Below are positions 10,700-18,575 of a stretch of DNA of 64,000 nucleotides, piece by piece. The stretch covers positions 672,001-736,000 of the forward strand of contig CAVYLP010000006.1 of NCBI GenBank assembly GCA_963769425.1, written 5' to 3'. The position numbers and the translations under genes are program-made. The notes below the pieces were generated by a model. That model was not told the DNA's origin and made no database searches. It saw only the letters and a program-made list of their open reading frames with translations. Positions within the stretch are counted from its first letter, which is position 1. Each line of letters opens with the position of its first letter. The stretch comes from Candidatus Bathyarchaeota archaeon (GTDB taxonomy: Archaea > Thermoproteota > Bathyarchaeia > TCS64).

Positions 10700-11494
10700 T
10701 CAGCTTAGTCTTAAGATTGCCGGAAGTGTGCGTTTGTGCTCATTGGCGGCTATCCTCGCTATGATCCCCTCGACGCTCCGTTGATCGACGCACGTCTCCG
10801 AGGCTATACGAGCCGGTGCCCAGCCCTTGAGGTGTGTGTGGACTATGAGGTCTATGCTATCGTAGGGAAGCCCGAGGTCCTTCTCCGTATCCTGCCCAAG
10901 CCAGAGGCGCGCCGATGCGGGCTTCTCCGTTATGCTCGTGGGGACGCCGAGGTACCTGCCTAGGGCGCGGATCTGGCACTTGTAGAGATCCGCGAAGGGC
11001 ATGATATCCACTCCCCCGTCCCCGTACTTCGTGTAATAGCCAAGGTAGAGCTCGGTTTTGTTCGACGTGCCCATCACCATGGCTCTCCGGGTGTTGGCGA
11101 AGTAGTAGGTTAGCAACATCCTGAGGCGGGCTTTCATGTTGCCGTAAGCGATCCTGTCAGATGGGTCGAATCCGGGGATGTTTTCACGCATCACGTGTAA
11201 CATCGGCGTGATTTCGACGTGCTCACACGTGACTCCGACTGTCTCACAGAGGCGTATCACATCGTCGACGTCTGCGTTTGGTGTGATATCACGCTCAGGG
11301 AGGGTCAGCGCGGTGACATTTTCAGGCCCAAAAGCCTTCACTGAGGCGGCTAGTGCTGTAGCCGAGTCTATTCCGCCACTTACAGCAACCACGATGCCTC
11401 TTAATCCCGCCGACTTGATCGTGTTTTGAATAAATTCTGAGATTTTTTCGCTGGTTTTTTGCGGGTCGATATTTAGCTGCTCGATGCCGATCAT
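10700..11494 (-). CDS. nadE: NH3-dependent NAD+ synthetase
   Basis: SGGIDS, GNMKARLRM, GTSNKTE, GYYTKYGDG, PSA.LW.GQ.TE and HKR motifs. Confidence 0.95.
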   Translation of the reverse strand: MIGIEQLNIDPQKTSEKISEFIQNTIKSAGLRGIVVAVSGGIDSATALAASVKAFGPENVTALTLPERDITPNADVDDVIRLCETVGVTCEHVEITPMLHVMRENIPGFDPSDRIAYGNMKARLRMLLTYYFANTRRAMVMGTSNKTELYLGYYTKYGDGGVDIMPFADLYKCQIRALGRYLGVPTSITEKPASARLWLGQDTEKDLGLPYDSIDLIVHTHLKGWAPARIASETCVDQRSVEGIIARIAANEHKRTLPAILRLS

Positions 11495-11681
11495 TGGGTT
11501 TCATGTGACGTGGAAGGATTAAATCGTTTCTTTATGTGATTTTTATGATAATTTTAGCTATTTATGCCTTGTTTTTTGCTGATTTGGGAGAATATCAGAT
11601 GTTTGAGCACATGTTACACTAGGAATGGCCTGTTTAGAGGCTGAATCAAAAGATTGATATGGCATACAGTTCTGTATACAA

Positions 11682-11702
11682 TGGTATCATTATGTGATAC
11701 CA
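11682..11702. promoter_or_regulatory. Inverted repeat TGGTATCA-N5-TGATACCA, putative operator
   Basis: Perfect 8-bp inverted repeat 21 bp upstream of the 11724 start; both arms resemble the GTGATATCAC motif. Confidence 0.55.
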
Positions 11703-11723
11703 ATAGATATGGGGCGTGAATGA

Positions 11724-12182
11724 GTGGAGTCCACTAAAGAGACCCAAAATATGATTCAGAAAGCATTTCAGGACCCAATAACAGACCTGTTACTAAATAA
11801 CAGCAATTTAACGAGGACTCAGTTTGAAACACTCATGATTGACCTATTAATTGACGTAATGTCCGATGAAAAGGTTCCGTTTAAAGATAAGACCTTATTT
11901 AGAACCCATAAGGTTAGTCGAGGTTCATTTAGCCGCACATTAGGGCAAGCTAGGCATAGAGTGATATCTTCAATCTTCACTATAGTCCTCCTTAGCTATG
12001 TAGGAGTCTATGACGCTAAGCCCTTTGAGGAATATCAAAATCTCTCAGAAAAATTGAGAGAATACCTCTCCGAGATCGAGAAGTCTGGTACCAAGTCACC
12101 AGCCCTACTTAGACGAATAGAGGAGGAATTGACTATGGGAATAGAGTCTCTGTCACACCCGACGAAGCTGAAGGTGGTGTGA
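11724..12182 (+). CDS. Uncharacterised protein with putative HTH-like DNA-binding segment
   Basis: 152-aa ORF filling the nadE-hypF gap; SNLTRTQFETL...KVSRGSFSRTLGQAR resembles an HTH, followed by a hydrophobic helix and a coiled C-terminus. Confidence 0.75.
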   Translation: MESTKETQNMIQKAFQDPITDLLLNNSNLTRTQFETLMIDLLIDVMSDEKVPFKDKTLFRTHKVSRGSFSRTLGQARHRVISSIFTIVLLSYVGVYDAKPFEEYQNLSEKLREYLSEIEKSGTKSPALLRRIEEELTMGIESLSHPTKLKVV

Positions 12183-12189
12183 TATCACA

Positions 12190-14514
12190 CTAAATCACAG
12201 ATGTTAGGGCAATACAGGATTGGCCTAAGGAGGATCCCCCGTCGCCTAACGGCGTTTTGGTGTTCGTCAACACATCTAATCCTGTTTTTTCGACGTTTTT
12301 GATGATTCTCTGCGAAATGTTTCTGTTGACTAGCACACCACCCGAGATCGCTATTATATTGATGTCCTCTGCTCTGGCTACATCTATAGCCATCTCTGAA
12401 ATACCATCGGCTAAATATTTCTGTACAAAAGCCGCAATATCTTCTTTTTTAAGGGTATTTTTGTTATCTATTAGATATTTAAGCATATTTGCAGTTTTTA
12501 ACTCATAAATACGGTTATTATTCTCTATTTGAGGCTCATATTTTACCGTCTCTGGGCTACCTTTTTCCGCTAAGGATTCTAGTCTCATAGCTGGCTCACC
12601 TTCGTAAGTTCTGTAATAAGTTAAACCTAGTAAAGAGGCGACCGAGTCAAGTAATCTGCCCGAGCTAGAGGTTTTTAGGACGTTTTTAACCCTCGACTGC
12701 TTGATAATCAAGTCGCGTTCATCTAAACCGTTAGGTAACGCTTCTTCTATGTGATTTTCTGTGATATCACGCAACTCATTATCGCTTAGTACGGTGGAAA
12801 GGGCTGCGATAAGCATTCTATAGGGGTACATCGCACATAGGTCTCCTCCCGGCATGGGTAGATACTCAAGCTGACCGGTCCGTTTATAGTCTGAATAGGT
12901 CGAAATTAGCACTTCTCCACCCCAGATCGCTCCATCTGGCCCATATCCCGCACCATCTAGGGCTATCCCGACGACGTTCTCATCCGGCTTTACGCCATTC
13001 TCAGCGCACACGGAGACTATATGGGCGTGATGATGCTGTGACCTTGTGATTTCCACGCCCATCTCTTGTGATATCACTCCCGCCAACTGTGATGTCATGT
13101 AACCGGGATGCTGGTCACAGGCTATCACATCGGGGTTACGTGTGATTCTGAGGATGTCACGCAAGGCGTGGATGGCGCTTTTCTCGTATTCCAAGGTCTC
13201 TAGGTTGGTTATGTCACCAAGGTATTGGGTCTGGTAGCATTTCCCGTCTAGCGTGACCGAGGCTGCGTTACTTTGCTCCGTACCAACTGCGAAAGATATG
13301 CCCTTTTTAATGGGTATTTCAACAGGATCGGGCACATAACCACGCGATCTCCTCACAAAGGCCACACGCCCATCGTTGACGCGCATGAGGGAGTCGTCGC
13401 ACCTGTTCACTATCTCCCTGTTGTGGACGAGGAAATAGTCGGCAACGCCCCTAAGGTCACTGAGGGCGTCCTTGTTCGTTATAGCCATGGGCAACCCAGA
13501 CCTGTTACCGCTCGTCATGACGAGGGCCAGACCGTCAAGCCTCTTGAAGAGCATCACCTGTATCCCAGTGTAGGGGAGCATCACGCCGACACGACTCAAC
13601 CCCGGCGCGACGAGATCGGAGATCTCTCCGCTCCGCCTCTTTACGAGGACTATCGGCTTCTGCCAGGAGACCAGCGCCCTCAACTCGTAGATGTCGGGGG
13701 AGGCGAAGCTCTTCACGGCCGCGAGGTCAGGAGCCATGAGGGCGAAGGGCTGGTACGGTCTGTTCTTACGGGCCCTCAACTTCTCGACTGGGCCATCCTC
13801 GGTGGCGAAGGCAGCGAGGTGGAATCCACCGATCCCCTTGACAGCAACAATGCTCCCTTCCCTCAGCAGCTTCGCCACCTCCGCGAAGACGTCGCTGACT
13901 TTTATCTCCACCCCAGAGGCGTCCAGCAGGCTCATCTTGGGGCCGCAGATGCTGCAGGTTATTCCCTGCGCGTCGAATCGCCTGTCGAGTGGGTTCCTGT
14001 AGTCGCTCTGACAGTGCCTGCACATGGGGAAGGCGTCCATATGTGTCCTCTCCCTGTCGTAGGGTAGGGACCTGACCCCGGTGAACCGTGGGCCGCACCA
14101 GGCGCAGGCCGTGAAGGGGTACTCGAACCACCGTCCCCCCTTGTCCTCCATGTCCCTGAGGCAATCGGGGCAGATCCCGATGTCGGGCGGGAAGATGCCC
14201 GAAGCGGCGTCCCTGCCGCTCCTGCTACGGTCAATGACGAACTCTGTGAACCTACCCCTGTAGGGTCTGTAAGAAGAGTGTATCCCAGTGATCTCGGATA
14301 CGGGCGGCGCCTCCGCTTGTATCGACTTGATGAATGCCTCCACGTTCTCGGTTGGGCCCTCGACGACGGCTTCGACCCCCGCGTCCCCGAGGTTTATGAC
14401 GTATCCCCTGAGCCCGTGGCGGACCGCCAGACGGTAGATGAAAGGGCGGAAGCCCACGCCCTGCACCCTGCCGGTCACGTGGACCTCGGCCTCGACGCTG
14501 CCCGGGGAGCCCAA
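12190..14514 (-). CDS. hypF: [NiFe]-hydrogenase maturation carbamoyltransferase
   Basis: Acylphosphatase domain GRVQGVGFRPF, two Zn fingers, KGIGGFHL, MTSGN, QHHHAH, DGAGYG.DG.IWGGE and GDGG.SLGQ. Confidence 0.95.
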   Translation of the reverse strand: MGSPGSVEAEVHVTGRVQGVGFRPFIYRLAVRHGLRGYVINLGDAGVEAVVEGPTENVEAFIKSIQAEAPPVSEITGIHSSYRPYRGRFTEFVIDRSRSGRDAASGIFPPDIGICPDCLRDMEDKGGRWFEYPFTACAWCGPRFTGVRSLPYDRERTHMDAFPMCRHCQSDYRNPLDRRFDAQGITCSICGPKMSLLDASGVEIKVSDVFAEVAKLLREGSIVAVKGIGGFHLAAFATEDGPVEKLRARKNRPYQPFALMAPDLAAVKSFASPDIYELRALVSWQKPIVLVKRRSGEISDLVAPGLSRVGVMLPYTGIQVMLFKRLDGLALVMTSGNRSGLPMAITNKDALSDLRGVADYFLVHNREIVNRCDDSLMRVNDGRVAFVRRSRGYVPDPVEIPIKKGISFAVGTEQSNAASVTLDGKCYQTQYLGDITNLETLEYEKSAIHALRDILRITRNPDVIACDQHPGYMTSQLAGVISQEMGVEITRSQHHHAHIVSVCAENGVKPDENVVGIALDGAGYGPDGAIWGGEVLISTYSDYKRTGQLEYLPMPGGDLCAMYPYRMLIAALSTVLSDNELRDITENHIEEALPNGLDERDLIIKQSRVKNVLKTSSSGRLLDSVASLLGLTYYRTYEGEPAMRLESLAEKGSPETVKYEPQIENNNRIYELKTANMLKYLIDNKNTLKKEDIAAFVQKYLADGISEMAIDVARAEDINIIAISGGVLVNRNISQRIIKNVEKTGLDVLTNTKTPLGDGGSSLGQSCIALTSVI

Positions 14515-14644
14515 ACCGATTCACAGCTATGAGGCGACTCGATTATTAAACGATGAGTCCCAGACTCCCTCACGCAGTGAGAGCAACCAAAGGATAAAAA
14601 AGCCAGACCGGTGACATTCACATGAGAGCATAGTCGGCGATACC

Positions 14645-15313
14645 TTGGATCTCACGATAACCGCGGCCGCCCTATTACTAGTCACCGTAGTCGCCTCCAT
14701 CATCTTTTACCGCAGGATAAAGGAGGCGACATCCGAGTACAACGGCGCTAAGGAGTTCGTCCACAACTTAACCTTCGGCTTCACCCGCCAGGTCAACCAC
14801 CTTCAGCAGGACGTAGCTAAGGCCGAGAATGAGGCGACGACGGCCAAGATCGTTGCGTCTGAAGCCCTGAGGAACAGTGGCGAGGCGAAGGAGGCGACCC
14901 TCAAGGGCCTCGAGGCCGTGAAGACCATCCAGAGCCGTGTAGACTCCACCGAGTCTGAGGTCGATTCCATTAGGAGGGAGGTCCAGAAGCTCGCCGCCGC
15001 CCCGAAGCAGCGCGTGGTCGTACGCCAGGACATAGCAGCCCCAATCCCCGTACAGCAGGGCAATATACTAGCGCAGCTGACGGAGACCGAGCTGAGCGCT
15101 CTCAAGAAGATTGCTGAGCTCGGCGAGGGGGCTGTCCCTGAGATCAAGGAGCACCTCGGCACCACCCGTGAGCACACAGCGCGTACACTCAAGAAGCTCT
15201 ACGAGTCCGGCTTCGTTGACCGCAGCACCAACGCCATGCCCTACCGCTACAGCGTCCGTAAGGAGATACGCGACCTCATCCAGCAACAGCCGGAGCAGAA
15301 GCCGACGCTGTAG
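14645..15313 (+). CDS. Membrane-anchored coiled-coil protein with C-terminal winged-HTH
   Basis: N-terminal TM helix, heptad-rich middle, and C-terminal LTETELSAL...TREHTARTLKKLYESGFVDR...PYRY wHTH. Confidence 0.8.
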   Translation: MDLTITAAALLLVTVVASIIFYRRIKEATSEYNGAKEFVHNLTFGFTRQVNHLQQDVAKAENEATTAKIVASEALRNSGEAKEATLKGLEAVKTIQSRVDSTESEVDSIRREVQKLAAAPKQRVVVRQDIAAPIPVQQGNILAQLTETELSALKKIAELGEGAVPEIKEHLGTTREHTARTLKKLYESGFVDRSTNAMPYRYSVRKEIRDLIQQQPEQKPTL

Positions 15314-15314
15314 A

Positions 15315-15343
15315 ACCCCCTGCCCTAAAAGAGGGGAGGGGGT
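15315..15343. terminator. GC-rich hairpin immediately after the 15313 stop
   Basis: ACCCCCTGCCCT-AAAAG-AGGGGAGGGGGT, 11 of 12 bp paired. Confidence 0.4.
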
Positions 15344-15635
15344 CAAAAACCAAGCCCAAAATCAGCCTTTTTCAGCCGGGTGAACCCGAAAAACACGCTG
15401 ATTGTTTCTGATTATGTACCAAAACGTGCATTTAAGTCATACATTCAGCGAATGATTTACGCTGATCCTCCGTCGCCAAAGAAAACCAAAAAAAGGTCCC
15501 AAACGCGAAAAACCGAGAAATTAGGAGGAAACGCGACGGCGGCGAAGGTACCCCCTTCCCCAACGTTCACGCACGTGGAGACACACCCACACAGCCGAGC
15601 AGCCTTTATACCCCCAAACCCACCACAGATACGAA

Positions 15636-15977
15636 ATGAAGACCAACAGTGTAGACAAGGCACCACGAATGAGCCCCGCAAAGGGAGTAGAGATCATAAT
15701 CCTTGGCAGTAGCGACAAAGTCATGCTCACACACATCATCGCCCAACCTGGCGCAATAGTCCCCGACCACAAGCATCCACACGACCAGATAGGCACATGC
15801 ATCAAGGGCGAAGGCGTCCTCACATCCGGGGGCAAGAAGTTCAAGACCGTCCCCGGCGCCAGCTGGTACATCCCCGGAGGAGAGAGCCACGATTGGGTCA
15901 ACACCAGCAAGGGCGAGACTATCCTCATAGAGACCTTCGCCCCCCCACGCGAGGATTACTTATCCAAGGCCAAGTAA
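15636..15977 (+). CDS. Cupin-domain protein
   Basis: H.HPHDQ...G and IPGG..H motifs, FAPPREDY tail; TTTATA at 15605. Confidence 0.88.
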   Translation: MKTNSVDKAPRMSPAKGVEIIILGSSDKVMLTHIIAQPGAIVPDHKHPHDQIGTCIKGEGVLTSGGKKFKTVPGASWYIPGGESHDWVNTSKGETILIETFAPPREDYLSKAK

Positions 15978-15996
15978 CGAGAGTGAAGCACCCCCC

Positions 15997-17475
15997 TTGA
16001 GCGAGCAGACCCCCCAGTTCCTGCAGCGCATAATCGAGGCAGGCTACCAGCTAAGCCCGGACGCCTACGCCTACCTCATGGGGCTACCCGCCGAGACAGC
16101 AGACACCCTATCACAAAAGGCCGTTTTGAAGGCAGACTCTTCCTCCCCTCCTCTCTTCGTGCTCGATAAGGGCTACCTGCTAGTACTCGTCGAGACTCCC
16201 CGACCGGAGCCCCTCCCTCAGAAGAACCGTCCAATACCCGCTAGGGACAAGGGCACGTCTCTCAAGGTTCTCGATGAGGAACCCGCACAACCAGCCAGCG
16301 ACGCCGAGGGCTTCCTCCAGTACTTCCAGAGCCGATACGACCGCCTCGAGGCTATACTCAAGCGCCGCGTCGACGTGAAGGACGCCATACCGATCGAGCA
16401 GGCGCTCAAGCTCCCCCTCAAGACAAAGCTCAAGACAACCGGCATCGTCTCCGAGAAACGAACCAGAGGCAACAAGTTATTCATCGAGCTCGAGGACCGC
16501 CGCTCCACAATCAGCGTCATGGCCACAGACGAGGACGTCATGCACCGCGGCTTGGAGCTGCAGGAGGATCAGGTCATCGCCGTCGACGCAGTCAAATACA
16601 CAGACGACCTGCTGATCGCAAACGACTGGATCTGGCCCGACGTCCCAAATAACACCCCTAGACGAAGCCCTGACCCACTATATGCGGCCCTGCTCGCGGA
16701 TGTCCACGTCGGCTCCAAATACTACAGGGGCGACCTCTTCGACAAGTTCATCGACTGGATGAACCTCGAACTCGGTCCGCCACAGAGCAGGGACGCAGCT
16801 GCGCGCGTCAAGTACGTCGTCATAGCTGGTGACCTCGTCGACGGCGTCGGTATATACCCCGAGCAGCTGGACGAACTCACCATATCCGACATACGAGAGC
16901 AGTACAGGGCGGCCGCGGAGCTCCTCAAGCAACTACCCGACTACGTGGAGATCGTCGTGACCCCTGGCAACCACGACGCGACCCGCCACAGCATGCCTCA
17001 GCCCCCCATACCCAAGGAGTACGCTAAGGAGCTGCACGAGGACCCGCGCGTCAAGATGCTATCCAGTCCCTGCAGGCTTAACCTAAACGGAGTCGAGATC
17101 CTCGTCGAGCATGGCAAGGGGATGGACGACATACTCAGCAGCACGCCCGGCTACGAGTTCCAACACCCACTGAAGGCGATGGAGCTCCTCTTTAGATGCC
17201 GCCACCTTGCCCCCCGCTACGGACAGAGCACTCCGATCGCCCCCGAGCGCACTGACCGGCTCGTCATTGGTAGCGTTCCCGACGTCATGCTCATGGGGCA
17301 CATCCACATCAACGAGACCAAGCGCTACAAGGGCGTCACACTGGTCTCCGCGGGTTCGTGGCAAGATCAGACCCCCTTTCAGAAGCGTATGCAGATAGAA
17401 CCCACGACGGGTGTTGCCACAATATTCGACTTGCAGACCCACCAGACTCTTGACCTCGACTTCAAGCGCTTCTAG
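15997..17475 (+). CDS. polB: DNA polymerase D small subunit DP1 (proofreading exonuclease)
   Basis: OB fold plus phosphoesterase motifs DVHVGS, AGDLVDG.GIYP, PGNHD, RHLAP.YG and GHIH. Confidence 0.95.
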   Translation: MSEQTPQFLQRIIEAGYQLSPDAYAYLMGLPAETADTLSQKAVLKADSSSPPLFVLDKGYLLVLVETPRPEPLPQKNRPIPARDKGTSLKVLDEEPAQPASDAEGFLQYFQSRYDRLEAILKRRVDVKDAIPIEQALKLPLKTKLKTTGIVSEKRTRGNKLFIELEDRRSTISVMATDEDVMHRGLELQEDQVIAVDAVKYTDDLLIANDWIWPDVPNNTPRRSPDPLYAALLADVHVGSKYYRGDLFDKFIDWMNLELGPPQSRDAAARVKYVVIAGDLVDGVGIYPEQLDELTISDIREQYRAAAELLKQLPDYVEIVVTPGNHDATRHSMPQPPIPKEYAKELHEDPRVKMLSSPCRLNLNGVEILVEHGKGMDDILSSTPGYEFQHPLKAMELLFRCRHLAPRYGQSTPIAPERTDRLVIGSVPDVMLMGHIHINETKRYKGVTLVSAGSWQDQTPFQKRMQIEPTTGVATIFDLQTHQTLDLDFKRF

Positions 17476-18016
17476 TCAGACCACGCGCTACGATCCCAGC
17501 GACCCTCACCGGCTCCGGCGCCCTCGTCAACGACGCCGAGGACCTCAGAACCTCCTCACACCAATCCCTCGACTCACCAACCACCTCGAAGAACACAGGA
17601 GGATAACCCTCTCTCGTCACGAGGCTGTAAACATCCCCCAGCTGCGCTATCGGGGCCCACCTCTCACCCCAATCGGTGAAGTGGGCCTTCAAAGCTGCGA
17701 GTACCGAGGCACTATCTGGCTTCTCCCCTGAATAAACGATCACTGGGACGCCAAGTTCGTCATGCACTCTGGTTCCGTCGATTATATTGAACCCAGCGAA
17801 GGAGACGCCTCCGAGTATCACAGCGTCGCAGCGGATGTTTACAAGCATACCGAGCAACACGTCGGTAGCGTCCCGCCCGTCGACGGTGACCTTGCCTAAT
17901 CTAATCGCCTCTACCCTGTCTCCTATCATTAAGACTGCACAGAGTAAGGTCAACTGCCCCGACTGGAATGCTCTGAAGCCGCCGTCCTCCACCCCCACGA
18001 GGCTGAGGGAACTCAA
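17462..18016 (-). CDS. DUF99 (endonuclease V-like) protein
   Basis: GVEDG.F, VDGRDAT, GGVSFAGFNIID and PEPVRVA motifs. Confidence 0.85.
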   Translation of the reverse strand: MSSLSLVGVEDGGFRAFQSGQLTLLCAVLMIGDRVEAIRLGKVTVDGRDATDVLLGMLVNIRCDAVILGGVSFAGFNIIDGTRVHDELGVPVIVYSGEKPDSASVLAALKAHFTDWGERWAPIAQLGDVYSLVTREGYPPVFFEVVGESRDWCEEVLRSSASLTRAPEPVRVAGIVARGLTRSA

Positions 18017-18459
18017 TACTTCTCGAGCTTACCCTTGATCTGGCACTTAATAAGGAACTGCGGATAGGTTTTCTTCGGCACCTTAACCTCGCCGCTGAGG
18101 ATCACGATCTTCTCGATTCCCCTTAACGCCTCTGAGTCGACGTCCTTCTCGAAGACTAGGGTTCCGCTGCTCTCGATCTTGAACGGCCCCATGTCCCTGC
18201 TGATATCTAGGACATCATTCTTCGATAAAGTCACTTCACCCTCATCCTCGACTGTGAGGACAAAACTACCTCCCGCCTGAACTATCCCTTCACCATTCGC
18301 AGATGCAACCACATTCTCAGAGATGTCACCGTCGATGTACGCCTTCAGAGCGGAGTTCACCAGGTCGCTGACGCGTTTACCATCCTTCTTCGCCATGGAG
18401 AATACTTCGTTGTAAAGCCCCGTGTCGAGGCCCCGGATGGCGACTGTCTTGCGAGTCAT
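18013..18459 (-). CDS. Ribbon-helix-helix DNA-binding protein with uncharacterised C-terminal domain
   Basis: N-terminal KTVAIRGLDTGLYNEV...GKRVSDLVNSALK fits the RHH pattern. Confidence 0.7.
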   Translation of the reverse strand: MTRKTVAIRGLDTGLYNEVFSMAKKDGKRVSDLVNSALKAYIDGDISENVVASANGEGIVQAGGSFVLTVEDEGEVTLSKNDVLDISRDMGPFKIESSGTLVFEKDVDSEALRGIEKIVILSGEVKVPKKTYPQFLIKCQIKGKLEKY

Positions 18460-18475
18460 GTTTACGGTGCGACCT

Positions 18476-18520
18476 GATTACTTGTTTACATGTTTACTTG
18501 TTAACAAGTAATCTTATAAG
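18476..18520. promoter_or_regulatory. Iterated operator and palindromic TATA of a divergent promoter
   Basis: 11-bp inverted repeat GATTACTTGTT/AACAAGTAATC enclosing 8-bp tandem TACWTGTT units, then CTTATAAG. Confidence 0.6.
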
Positions 18521-18575
18521 CTTATCGCGGCTGTTTTCTTTTCGCCGACGACAGGCGGGTTATGGAGACGACATT

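Larger units (their letters stand above)
11283..13077. repeat. Cluster of GTGATATCAC palindromes
   Basis: Perfect copies at 11283, 12179 (extended to GTGTGATATCACAC, 12177-12190), 12761 and 13068. Two-mismatch copies at 11694, 11961, 13089 and just beyond the span at 13208, plus many half-sites. Confidence 0.9.

Noticed and set aside
11283-13077. Reading the palindromes as CRP/FNR boxes or as a codon artefact
   Set aside because: Half-site spacing is 2 bp rather than the 6 bp of CRP boxes, the sites are intragenic, and they occur in different reading frames.
12190-14514. Hydrogenase gene cluster around hypF
   Set aside because: No other hyp or hydrogenase structural genes are adjacent.
11495-15635. 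Canonical ORB-type origin
   Set aside because: No TTCCA-n-GGAAA ORB consensus recognised and no orc1/cdc6 in the window; kept only as a weak hypothesis.
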